Assembly (NCBI RefSeq): GCF_006345805.1
Contig: NC_043012.1
Location: 11,470,001-11,534,000, forward strand
Source of the DNA: Octopus sinensis
Lineage: Eukaryota
Direction of reading: 5' to 3'
DNA length: 64,000 nucleotides
Shown here: in pieces, positions 26,383-38,520 of the stretch
Position numbering within the stretch: the first letter of the stretch is position 1
Layout of the letters: each line of letters starts with the position of its first letter
Translations under genes and position numbers: made by a program
Notes under the pieces: generated by a model
Databases searched by the model: none
Told to the model about the DNA's origin: nothing
Seen by the model: only the letters and a program-made list of their open reading frames with translations

Positions 26383-28045
26383 TGTTCATCTTTCTTTGTG
26401 GAAATCTTTGTGGAAATCTATGATCAAAGTTATTCTAAGCATGACCATGCTGTTATATTTAAAAGAAGAAAAAGTGTGTGATTTGAGGGAAATTTGGTAT
26501 CTATTTCAAGTCAAGCAAATTGAGATACTACTTAGAGGCATCCTTTATGTTTTCTTAGGGTAACAGCAGTTGAATACTTCATTCTCTATTGAAAAGTCAA
26601 AAATGAAAAGTGTGAAACTACAAAAAGATGGTGGGATATGACCAGCATATATTAGTCTGGGGCATATATAAGAGTGCTCTTTGCAACCATTGAATCAAAA
26701 TACCAACTTGGCATCAAAAGTATAAACAGATATCTCCAGTCTTTAGGCACCAGACATTACACTGGTTTACATGCATACAATGTATGTCAGGCCTTCTGGT
26801 GTACAAATATACAATATATTTCACATTTTGGGAAAACAAGTAACATCAGTTGGAGTTGGACTATTATTACAAATGTGGTTGTTGTTGTTGTTGTTCTTCT
26901 TCTTCTTCCAATTAGGACTCACGCCATCAGCCACAAAGAATAATCTCTAATCCAAGCCTACTCTAAGCTACTAAGAAGACATGTGGCAACTTGAAGATCC
27001 ACCCACCACACGCGATAGACTGGCGGTTGCACGGGCACAAAAGCTACGTTGTTATCCTCATTCCGTAAACGGTGGCTTTTAACGGGTGGAGAGCTGAATC
27101 ATCCTGGGGTACAGAGGATTCGCAATCTAGACTATAGTCTGAAAGTTTACCACTCCATAGTGGGTTACACCATGGTTCCTCTGCTTTGTGGCAGAAGTAG
27201 GAAGAAAGAGAGAGGAAGTTGTGGTGAAAGAGTACAGCGGGGTTCACCACCATCCCCTGTCAGAACCTCATGGAGCTTAGGTGTTTTTGTTCAATAAACA
27301 CTCACAATACCCGATCTGGGAATCGAAACTGTGTTCTTACAACTGCAAGTCCGCTGCCCTAACCACTGGGCCATTGAGCCTCCACCGCTGTTGTTGGAGT
27401 GGTTGGCATTAGGAAGGGCATCAAGCCAAAGAAACCATGCCAATCAGATTGCAACCTGGTGCTGCTCTCCAGCTTACCAGTTTTCAGTCACACTGTCCAA
27501 CCCATGGCAGTAAGGAAAGCGGACATTAAATGATGATGATGTTGTTTAACCCCAGGTTAACCCTGATTGAGCAACCCTATAATCAAATGTGTTCAAGTCT
27601 TGACCATCTTGCCTTTTTACTGACATTATGTCACTCAGCCTTTTTTTTAATGTATTAAAGAGAGATCTGAAGAAAATTTGGCTGCTATTTCTAGTATATG
27701 AAACATACATTTGCTCATTTACATAAATGAAGAAAGTAAAGATGTCTGCATTTTGGACTGAAACAACAAATTTCAATGGCAATATAACCTGACCTGCATA
27801 AATTATTAATTTTATCTTACTTCATTGTTTTAATTAACATTCTTAATTCATTACTTGCGATAGCAATGGAAGCAGTATTAGTTCAAAATGGCATTCTGCC
27901 TATCTTACTTAATGTGGATATACTGCAGTAAACTGCAGTATTCGTCTCAAGAAAGTATCTCTTATATACCTATAAGGATAAAAATCACAAAAATATATCA
28001 GTAGCATAGAAAAAGCATCCAGCATTGGTGGCAGAATCGCAAAAC

Positions 28046-28293
28046 CTCGATTATTGCTTCTATGAGCATCATCAGGAGTGGGTAACCACAAGCGACTGTA
28101 TACTTATACTAATTTAGCCTCTACTGATATAGAAAAATGGTGATTAACAAATCACTCATGTTGCAATTAGTTGGCTGACTGGGTAAAAATCAATTATTAG
28201 CAGCGGAAGCAGTGTAATCTAAATTTTCCTAAACATTTGGCTGCTAGTGGATCCTTGCTTCTGATGATGCTCAAGAAAGCAGAAATCTAGATT
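28046..28293. repeat. Diverged inverted repeat with hammerhead-like cores in both arms
   Basis: CTGATGA-TGCT-N6-AGCA on + at 28261-28281 and on - at 28075-28055. Confidence 0.6.
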
Positions 28294-28444
28294 TAACACA
28301 ACTTCATCTGCCACTGATATCCTGACGATACAAATGAAGATGCAAGAAGAGAAATCTTTTAGATATTACCAATACTTTTAACTATTCCCTTTGGAGTGAA
28401 CCAAAGAAAGCTAAAGATAAACCTTCACTATCCAAAGGAACAAA

Positions 28445-28895
28445 TACTCTTTTACTTGTTTTAGTTATTTGACTGCAGTCATGCTGGAGCACCGCCTTTT
28501 AGTTGAGCAAATCGACCCCTGGACTCATTCTTTGGAAGCCTGGTACTCATTCTATCGGGGTCTTTTGCCGAACCGCTTAGTTACGGGGACGTAAACACAC
28601 CACCACCATCGGTTGTCAAACGATGTTTGGGGGACAAACACAGACATACAAACATATACACACACATACATACATACACACATATATATATATACGACGG
28701 GCTTCTTTCAGTTTTCGTCTGCCAAATCTACTCACAAGGCTTTGGTCGGCCTGAGGTTATATTGTAGATGGGTTAGGGTTAGGATTATATAGTAGAAGTT
28801 ATATAGAAGAGGTTATATAGTAGAAGACACATGCAGAAGGTGCCACGCATGTGGTTGGTAAGCAAGCTACTTACCACGCAGCCACTCCTGCGCCT
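28445..28895 (-). mobile_element. SINE family A
   Basis: Full-length match. Confidence 0.85.
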
Positions 28896-29173
28896 ACTGA
28901 TATATCAACCCATCGTCTAATAAATGTCTTTTCATCAATGGTCACAAAAGACATGTCTGTACGCAATGTCAAATATGATTTTGCCTTGCATTTAACTGAG
29001 AGAAGACAGAAATGTAACAATTGGCATAAAAAGTTGCAAACCATCACCTGGGCTTAAAAGTCATTCTTGCTTTTCAGGCATTCTTTCGATATGAGTCCCA
29101 TTTACATCACGTGTATTTGTTTACATTTGAAGAAGATCGTCACTTTCCGTAAAATTTTAATTCTTTTATATAT

Positions 29174-29338
29174 GTGGCTGTGTGGTAAGCAGCTTGCTTA
29201 CCAACCACATGGTTCCGGGTTCAGTCCCACTGCGTGGCACCTTGGGCAAGTGTCTTCTACTATAGCCTCGGGCCGACCAAAGCCTTGTGAGTGGATTTGG
29301 TAGACGGAAACTGAGAGAAGCCCGCCGTATATATGTAT

Positions 29339-29392
<54 letters not shown>

Positions 29393-29905
29393 TTACATAA
29401 GGCCAACGAGTATACGGACGCCGCTATATATAAATATGTAGAAAAATACAAACTGGGACAAGAACGTAAAACATTAGAAGACGATACAAAAAACACGGAC
29501 GGGACATTCGAAGCCTTCAATCTTCAGTCAAGAACCGGATCATCCTATCAATTTCGTCTGGGTCCGGTTCTTGGACTGAAGATTGAAGGCTTCGAATGTC
29601 CCGTCCGTGTTTTTTGTTTCGTCTTCTAATGTTTTACGTTCTTGTCCCAGTTTGTATTTTTCTACATATTTATATATATATATTTATGTGCGTGTATGTT
29701 TGTGTGTCTGTGTTTGTCCCCCTAGCATTGCTTGACAACCGATGCTGGTGTGTTTATGTCCCTGTCACTTAGTGGTTCGGCAAAAAGAGACCGATAGAAT
29801 AAGTACTGGGCTTACAAGGAATAAGTACCAGGGTCGAGTTGCTCGATTAAAGGCGGTGTTCCAGCATGACCGCAGTCAAATGACTGAAACAAGTAAAAGA
29901 ATAAG
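29174..29905 (+). mobile_element. SINE family A interrupted by a palindromic element
   Basis: Head 29174-29330, (TA)n, insert 29395-29676, tail 29690-29905. Confidence 0.82.
29425..29676. repeat. Long inverted repeat (about 115-bp arms, 23-nt spacer)
   Basis: Arms 29425-29539 and 29563-29676 differ by 1 substitution and 1 indel. Confidence 0.9.
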
Positions 29906-30736
29906 AGGATGTGGGGTTAGGGGTGGGGGGGGGGGAAGGTATCTTTTATCTTCAGAAATGTAAATAAACCCACGTGGGTTTATAAAGTGACGGTTATGTT
30001 ACTAGGACCGAATGATCGCCGATGTTTGTTTTCAGTTTCCGTCAACCAAATCCATTCACAAGGGTTTGCCCAAACACACTTGCCTAAGGTGGTGTGCGTT
30101 GGGACTTAAACCGAATGATCGTTAACAGAACTTCTTTAACTACCCAACTTGTGTGTACGTTTGACATTGAAATATTTAATAAATGTATGCAGTATTCAGA
30201 ACCATATTTTCGTTCCAAGCTCGCAAATTACCGAATAAATAATTCCATTAGGAATCTAAGCGCAACTAAAATACGAAAAAACAAAAATAAATAAATTGGT
30301 TTATTTATCTTTAAAATATTTAATCATAACATTAAATTATAGTTTCATCTTCGAGTAATATATATCTAAATATATTTTAAACAAATATGAAGCGCAATAA
30401 GATAATTAAACTAAACAATCAAAACTATTAATTGATTATAATGTACTTTGCTAATAATCTGCGAGACTGTGGCTTAGTATGTTATAGTCAGCTTTACAAT
30501 GTTTCCTTATATAAACTCGAACTCAGAAATGGGCTGATGTGAGTTGCTTCTTTGCTTTTGTTGGTCTTTCACTTAATTAGAATAATAAGAATAACCGTAA
30601 CGACAATAAGGCTTTGAATAATAGCGCTTAGCCCCTCCCTCTCTTGTGTCTTTGGTTGATGTCTATATTTTCATCAATTCAGTTGTGAAAATATAAAAAT
30701 AACTGGAAACAAAACAATATAAACACATATATAGAA

Positions 30737-30911
30737 TGTTGTGTCTGGGGAGAGTCATTCTCTTTTAGTGCCTTATAATTTAACACACTCACCGGTAAAA
30801 TTTCCACTTATTTCTTATTTAAATAATAAAATAAAAAGAAGTGGAAGTTTTACCGGTGAGTGTGTTAAATAATAAGGCACCAAAAGAGAATGACTCTCCC
30901 CAGACACAACA
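30737..30911. repeat. Inverted repeat (73-bp arms, 29-nt AT spacer)
   Basis: Arms 30737-30809 and 30839-30911 with a few mismatches. Confidence 0.9.
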
Positions 30912-31649
30912 GAATATGCTTCAACACACGAACTCATATAAAGAATCTCGCAAACCAAATCCAAACCTGAAACATATATAGAAGTTTAAGGAAAATATAC
31001 TTGTGTTGACGTTGTTCTTTGTTTTTGAATCTTAACGTGAGTGAATTAAAATATCCTGCAGCATGGAATCGAAACCAGCACCTCAGACCCTTACCTCTCT
31101 GACTTTTCTTTGTTAAGAATAAAGTAAAGCTTGTGGAGAAGAGTTTATTGCAGTCGATCAAAGTAAAACGTTGACATTTCGGTATTTATAGACTGCAAAC
31201 GGATGCGCTATTTTCCACATTTTTCCCGTCATTTTACCTCTCAAGTTCAGATCTCACTCGGAGCAACTTTGTTTTTTTAATTTTTATTTTTCAGAGCAGG
31301 TAAAATAAATGCCGGTCATGTACTATAGTCGATCTTATGGACTGTTTCTCAAGGTGGGATGTGAGTTGTTCAAGAATGGGCTGTAAGCAAAGTGACAAGT
31401 GAATAAAGCTTATAACTTTGTACGTTAGGTGTATGTTTCTTTTGAAAATCGAAGTTGCGTGCTGGACAGAAATGATTCTCAAACACTAGTCTAATCGATT
31501 CCATTCTCTGAAATTTGATGTCTTATATATTGGGACCGTCCGACAAGGTTTTTGCCGTATTGCATCCTGCCCATTCCAAGTTGAAGTGGTAACCAAATTT
31601 TGCTTCCCTCTCTTAAATGATGTAACTAACGTAAGGTGGATCGTTTAGT

Positions 31650-31960
31650 GGCTAAGGTATTCAGATCACGATCGTAAGGTCGCAAGTTCAATTCCTGCCA
31701 GCACTTTGTGTTCTCCAGCAAGACGCTTTATTTCGCATTGTTCCAGTCCAGTCCCCTGGCAAAAAGGACTTGTACCTATAATTCTTAAGGGGCAACCTGG
31801 TGACATTTGGTGCGTTGCACTGAATCTTCCTGAGAGCTACATTAAAGGTATGTGTACCTGTGGTGATCTCAGCCACTTGCATGTTAATTTCACGAGCAGG
31901 CTGTTCTGTTGATCAAATCAACTGGAACAGTTGTAACTGACGGAGCACTCAGCCAGCCTA
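31650..31960 (+). mobile_element. tRNA-derived SINE family F; another copy about 1925-2600
   Basis: gtggctaagg...agttcaattcc head and shared ctcagccacttgcatg...gagcaggctg body. Confidence 0.6.
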
Positions 31961-32122
31961 ATGTAAAACTTTATGCTTGAAAAAGATGCAGCAGGGTGGT
32001 CAGAGTAAGAGCACTTTCGATCACAGGTCTGTTACGTCTTGGCAGACACGGGGTTAAACAACATCAGCAAAAGTGATCACAAATATTACAGTTCTATATT
32101 TAAGAGATGAGGAATTATGTAC

Positions 32123-32548
32123 AACCAAATGCATACCCTCCATCAGACACCTACCATATTCTGAGCGCCTTGTTTCCCTGGGCATGGATTCACTGAAGCT
32201 CCGGCGTCTGGCGACGGACTTGGTAAACACCCACAAAGTTATCAACCACCTCACCAACAACAACACTGAACCCCTTTTTGATCTCCATGTGTCTAACACA
32301 CGTGGACATGCCTACAAAGTCAGAAAACAACACAGCTCCCATGACTTTCGGAAACATTTCTTCACGCTCAGAGTTGCTGAAGCATGGAATAAACTGCCTG
32401 CGTCAGTTGTTGACTGCCATGACACTGCATCCTTTAAGGCCCTCATGCTTTCCGAAATCCGTCGAAACTACACCTGATTATATATACACTTTAGATGAGT
32501 TGTAGTGCACCTGAGCACTGTACACAATGTTTATTATTATTATTATTA
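32123..32548 (+). mobile_element. 5'-truncated CR1-clade LINE 3' end with (ATT)n tail, nested in a Penelope-like element
   Basis: LPYSERLVSLGMDSLKLRR...TRGHAYKVRKQHSSHDFRKHFFTLRVAEAWNKLPASVV. Confidence 0.88.
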
Positions 32549-32581
32549 TTATTTACATATGACCTCATCTTGATTGTTGTT

Positions 32582-32627
32582 AACACAACGTTTCGGTTGA
32601 TATACTCTCCAGCCTTCTTCAGGTGTC
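32582..32627 (-). ncRNA. Minimal type I hammerhead ribozyme motif (Penelope type)
   Basis: GACAC-CUGAAGA-A-GGCUG-N10-CAACC-GAAAC-GUU-GUGUU. Confidence 0.65.
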
Positions 32628-32776
32628 TTGGGGAAATTTCAAACCTGGGTGCTCATTCCTAAGCTTAGGGGTTAGCCACATTTAAGTGGCAAATATACTT
32701 CACGATATAATAAATTTATTTTTGATTTTATTTTTGCAGGAAATCGAAAGAATCTACCAACATAGCTAATCATATA

Positions 32777-32911
32777 ATGATGTCTGAAGACAGTGGAATA
32801 ATTTCTATGAGTGGTAAATCACTTACCTGTTGTAACTGCAATTGCCACCTAACGAATTTGGTTGAGCTTAAGTCTCCAAATAATGAATCTGAAATTAATC
32901 AAAATCCCCAG
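32777..32911 (+). CDS. AGGF1: AGGF1 first coding exon (acceptor at 32740; ATG 32777 presumed start)
   Basis: ttttgcag acceptor at 32739, ccag/gtatgc donor, phase 0 into the next exon; sequence lineage-specific. Confidence 0.7.
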
Positions 32912-33214
32912 GTATGCATTAAGGTATATGGCAATGTCTTTATTTTCTCTGATTTCCATCCTCCTCCTTTTACATGTGCTTTTTTTGTGTGCATGGGTTG
33001 AACAAGTCTTCTCCAGCTGGGTGCGTTTGCCACTTGCTTAACTGCTATTTTTTGTCATCTCCTTCATAAGGTTCAACATTCTCAATTCAACTTTTGCCAC
33101 TTCTGCCCATGTCTTCAGAGACTTCCTTTGTCCTAGTTTCCTTCCTTCCTCTTCTGTATCCAACTGTCATCTTCCATGCACATCATCATTTCTAGTTCAA
33201 TATTTTTATATAAG

Positions 33215-33610
33215 GCGGCGAGCTGGCAGAAACGTTAGCATGCCGGCGAAATGCGTAGCCGTATTTCGTCTGCCGTTACGTTCTGGGTTCAAATTCCGCC
33301 GAGGTCGACTTTGCCTTTCATCCTCTCGGGGTTAATAAATTAAGTACCAGTTACACACTGGGGTCAATATAATCTACTTAATCCATTTGTCTGTCCTTGT
33401 TTGTCCTCTCTGTGTTTAGCCCCTTGTGGGTAGTAAAGAAATAGGTATTTTGTCTGTCTTTATGTTCTGAGTTCAAGTTCTGCTGAGGTTGACTTTGCCT
33501 TTCATCCTTTCGGAGTTGATAAATTAAGTCCCAGTTGCATACTGGGGGTCAATCTAATCGACTGGTCTCCTCCTCCAAAATTTTTGGCCTTGTGCCTAGA
33601 GGAGAAAAGA
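33215..33610 (+). mobile_element. tRNA-derived SINE family B, two tandem units, MetaSINE-like central domain; other copies near 13.3, 17.8, 19.5, 36.3, 37.3, 48.0 and 61.2 kb
   Basis: gagctggcagaaacgttagc...ggttcaaattccgccgaggtcgactttgcctttcatcc...gataaattaagtaccag; the MetaSINE resemblance is from memory only. Confidence 0.75.
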
Positions 33611-34694
33611 CTATTTTTAATTACTATATAGTGTTCTTCTCATCTCTAGTTTTTTCACTCAGCTGATACACACACACACACATGCACGCAAGCATGCATG
33701 TGTGTGCCCAAGCACACACACACATCTTTGTCTCTTTCTAACTAGCATTGATTACAATTGCCATTCAGTTCCTGACAAACTCACTGGCAAAACAATAATT
33801 ATGACTGTTCAGTCAAGAAGCTTGATCTGCTACCATGTGGTTTCCAGTTCATTTCTACTGCGTCGCACCTTGCCTCAAGCCTGACAGACAATGTGTAAGC
33901 CTGTTGGTGTGCTAACACAGAGCTTATAAAGTATTTTGCCTGGATTAATACCCCACTCACTAATAACTGTGTTATATATATATATATATATATACATACA
34001 AAATTTAGAGGAATGACCACTAATAGTGGACAGCTTGTATGCTAGATATAGACGTCAAACTCGCCATTTACCACGAAGAATGTGTTCTCAAGAAAAAATT
34101 CAGCAAAAACCAGTGTTGGTTTGTTTACATTACTGCAACTTAGTGGTTTGGCAAATGAGACCTGTAGATTAAGTACCAGACTTTAAAATAAGTACTGGAG
34201 TTAATTTGTTCAGCTAAACCCTTTCAGTTAGTGCCCCAGTATGGCCACAGTCCAGTGATCAAAAGAAAACATGAGTAACTGATGATTTGTCAACAATGAG
34301 GATCCAGTTATTTAATCAAGTGAAGTCACCAATCACTGAATTAACATATAAGTGGTTGAGTATCCCACAAACATGCAAACCTTTTATTCTAAGGCTGACT
34401 CAGTGTGGGATAAATTGCACTTTCAGATTATGGGTACACTCTATGTGATGGGCCTCCAAACAGTTTTCATTTACCCAGTTTCATTGATGAGGCTTGGATT
34501 GACCTGAAGAATATGGTAAATAACATTGGCCCAAGATTCCACACTGTAGGACTGAACTTTGAATGTTGTGATTCTAAAGCAAACTCCTTAACCATTTGAC
34601 CATGCCACACACACTCATGCATACACATACACACACACACAAATGCACCCACGTATAACAATAATTTTTATATTTCTGTTTCCAAAACATTTAG

Positions 34695-34932
34695 GTGCCG
34701 GCATCTGATTCTAGCATGGAAAGTATCATGAAAGAGAATGCTGATTTAAAAGTGGCTCTGGAAGATGCTTGGGAAAAACATGCAAGATTACTTTACAAGC
34801 AGAAAATGATGCGCAAAGAATTTGATCTGTTGGAGGCAGAACTTTATAATTATCGCAATAAAAATGTTGCACACCATCAAAGCAAATGTGATATATCCAC
34901 ACAAACAGCCTTAGACACAAACTTCAGTTCTG
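34695..34932 (+). CDS. AGGF1: AGGF1 exon (N-terminal coiled coil)
   Basis: tttag/gtaggt; heptad-like ENADLKVALEDAWEKH...; KCDISTQT matches vertebrate KSDVEVQT. Confidence 0.85.
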
Positions 34933-37074
34933 GTAGGTTTACATTTCTAACTGTTTAATACGCATGTGCACACACACACATTTCTGCTCTCTTGTTATCT
35001 CTCTCTCTTCTTCTCCCCCTCTCTCTCTCTGGCTGGGTAACCATGTACCTCCTCTACAGCAAAACACTTGTTACTGTCTCTCTGCCACGCTGTAACCATT
35101 TGTCTTCTGACACAATATCACCTCCTCCTTTGCCCCCTTCTTTCTCAAAGATTCCTTGTCTTTCTACGGCTAGATAGCTTTCCTGTCTCCAACCAATTTA
35201 CAGAGTGTAATATTTGCATTTTATCATGGCACCAGCACCAGAGGGGTTGTCATGTCCTAGAAAAGATAAAGAGCCTTCTCATCTCTATGTTGTTTCTGCT
35301 CAATTACCAACCATTTTACTGCATGTGCTTCATGCATTTTATCATGTCACTTGTACTAATGAGTTTGGTATCTATCCTGTAAGACTAAAGAGTCCTCATT
35401 ATTCTCATGTGATTATTCACTCAATAGTGTCCACAAAGGTGAACAGAACAGTGAGCTATGACAAAAGGAGAAAATAGTTACCCTTAGCAAAGTACTTCTC
35501 CTACAGTTGTCTCACTAGGAAGATGACATCAGTAGTACTTCTTCCCTGTACAAAGTCACAGTTCATCTTGTCCAGGTTGATTCTCTTCCTAATCAACTCA
35601 GTTATAATATTTTTCCAAAACTTTCATAACTTGGTTCAGCAAATTGATTCTCTGTAATTTCCTTTCTTTAGTGCATCTCTTACTCTTGTAACAACTGATG
35701 CTGCTTTATGCAATGTCAGTCATTTGATAAGACACCTTCCTGTTCAACTTGGTTGATTGCACAAGTAACTAATCCATACCCTACTCAGCCAATTATTTTT
35801 AACCCTTTAGCATTCAGATTACTTTTCAAATGGCACGTAAAAAGCACTATCCGAACGTGATTGATGCCAGGCTCACCTGACTGGCTCCTGTGCCAGTGGC
35901 ATGTAAAAAAGCACCCACTACACTCTTGGAGTGGTTGACATTAGGAAGGACATCAGGCTGTAGAAACATTGCCAGATCAGATCAGAGCCTGGTGCAGCCG
36001 CTGGCTTTCCAGACCTCAGTCAAACTGTCCAACCCATGCCAGCATGGAAAACGGATGTTAAACGATAATGATGATGATGAATGTTTATTTATTTGCATTG
36101 TTTTGAATAGATCATGCACTGTTTCATAGCTTTGGGATTTTGAATGATTTTCATTTTTTAAATAGATTTGTGAAACCAAGTTAAATTGTAGTTGTGGCCG
36201 ATGCCAGTGTCACATGACTGGCACTGGTGCTGGTTGTACATAAAAAGCGTATATATAGAAAGGTGGTGAGCTGGCAGAAACGTTAGTACGCCGGGCGAAA
36301 TGTTTAGCGGTATTTCATCTGCCATTACGTTGCGAGTTCAAATTCCGCCGAGGTCGACTTTGCCTTTCATTCTTTCGGGGTCGATAAATTAAGTTCCAGT
36401 TACACACTGGGGTTGATATAATCGACTTCATCCATCTGTCTGTCCTTGTTTGTCCCCTCTATGTTTAGCCCCTTGTGGGTAATAAAGAAATAGGTATATA
36501 AAAAGCACCTATTTCACTCTTGGAGTGGTTGGCATTAGGAAGGGCATCCAGCCATAGTAACAATGCCAAATCAGATTGGAACCTGGTGCAGCTCTCCAGC
36601 TTACCATTTTCAGTCAAATCGTCCAACCCATGCTAGCATGGAAAATGGACGTTAAATGATACTAAATAATAATGACGATGATGTTGAGTTGGTGTGAGAG
36701 GCTGGAACAGAAAACAGGTAGACTATTTTGGCCAGATATGGCTGGTTTAAATCTTAAAGGGCTAAACATCACAACAGCAATTTCAGATAAACCAGTAGCT
36801 TTCCTTTACATCCTTAATTGCTATGTCTGTCATACTACTGTCAACTTGAGTCACAGATCCTTGGTCTGGGCTTACTCTAGGAAGATCATCTTTCACCCCT
36901 GCATTCTTTTCATCTAACACCCTTTCATAACAGCACTTCAGAGCACTCTATTACATGCACACTTCTCCCCTACAGTGTTTCGGTTTTCTTTGGTACACTG
37001 CCTTGCAGTCTAGCTCTTCTAACATTTCAAAATGCAAAGAACAAAAGATAACAAAATATTTTTTGAATTTGTAG

Positions 37075-37139
37075 ATGCAGATTCCATAGAGGAAAATGAT
37101 GGCAAAGATCGTCCTTTGCCTGATTGGATTACTATGAAG
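37075..37139 (+). CDS. AGGF1: AGGF1 small exon
   Basis: ttgtag/gtaaaa, phase 1-0 bridges flanking exons; DADSIEENDGKDRPLPDWITMK; in-frame alternative acceptor 6 nt downstream. Confidence 0.72.
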
Positions 37140-37463
37140 GTAAAAAAGATTCCTTATCCTTCTCCTCCCCACCTCATCATCATCATCACACCACCACTAT
37201 CATTGCGACAACCATCACTATCTCCATCATCATCATCATCATCATCAAAGCAGTAAGCTGGCAAAATTGCTAGCGTGCTGGACAAAAAGGCTTGATGGCA
37301 TTTCAGACATCTTTACATTTTGAGTTCAAATTCTACTGAGGTTGACTTTCTCTCTCAGAATAAGTACCACTGAAGTACTGGAGTTGATGTATTTGACTTA
37401 CGCAGCTCCTTCAAAATTTCAAACCTTGTGCCTAGGGTAGAAAGGATTATTATTGTTATGATG

Positions 37464-37504
<41 letters not shown>

Positions 37505-37510
<6 letters not shown>

Positions 37511-38520
37511 TGAGTGAGAGAGCAGTGCATGACATTAAAGTGACCATATATGAAACCCAGGATACCCATAATGACCATATGTCTGGTAAGGGTACATCAA
37601 GCACATAAATCACAACCGTATGTGCACACAATGGTGATTGCATATCAAGATAGATAGTGCATACCTTGCAGGTGGGGCCCAGTTAGAATTTTCTTCAAGT
37701 TCAGTAGCCTGACCCACTCAAAAAGTCCTTAAATAAAGGTTAAGGATGTTGAACAAAACACTCATGTTTCCAGAGGTGAATTATCCAAACCCCAAAGAAT
37801 TCCTCTCAGCACATGGCTATGATATTCCCCAGCTACTTCTGCTTGTGATCAGAGATGCACATATCTCAGCCACTAAGGGACATGCTCAACTGGTTAAGAT
37901 CAAACAACTGACAAGCAAATCTCTGGTATTGAGCAGAATATTTGATGTAGCCCATCTTTTATACCAAGAGAAAGCATGTACATGATAACACTTCCAATCA
38001 GTTAAGATCAGAAGCCATAAAAGCCAATGTCTGTACTGCATCAGGGTGTTTATTATTATTGAGTGAGAGAGCAGTACATGCCATCAAAGTGACACTGGGG
38101 TAAAATATACAAAGTCCAGTATATCCATCATGACTACCCATCCAATAAGGGTACACTAGGCACATACATCGCAACTATATGTCTGCAATATAGTGATCTC
38201 ATATCAAGATAAACAGCACATGACCTTGCCAGTGGGGCCCATTTAGAATTTTTACCAAGTCAAGTAGCCCATTCCACTCAAAAGGACCCTGAGTAAGGGT
38301 TGTTTAAGGATGTTGAACAAAACACCTATGTTTTTCCAAAGGTGAGCTATTCAAACCCCAAAGAATTCCTCTCAAACATGGTTATGATGCTCCTCCAGTA
38401 CTTCTACTCATGATCAGAGTTGCACATATTGTCAGCCACTAAGGGACATGCTCAATTGGTTAAGGTCAAACAACTGACTAGCAAATCTGTGGTATTGAGC
38501 GGAGGCTGCTCTACAAGGTC
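37505..38520 (-). mobile_element. Two tandem copies of a ~530-bp interspersed repeat with (AAT)n tail; other copies 47535-47970 and 62355-62885
   Basis: Four near-identical segments starting tattattgagtgagagagcag on +; likely non-autonomous retroposon 3' end. Confidence 0.75.

Noticed and set aside
27909-28091. 60-aa minus-strand ORF
   Set aside because: Overlaps one arm of the diverged inverted repeat; no splice context or homology
29576-29605. CUGAAGA as a hammerhead core in the 29.4-kb palindrome
   Set aside because: No GAAA and no stem III at the required spacing; at most a vestige
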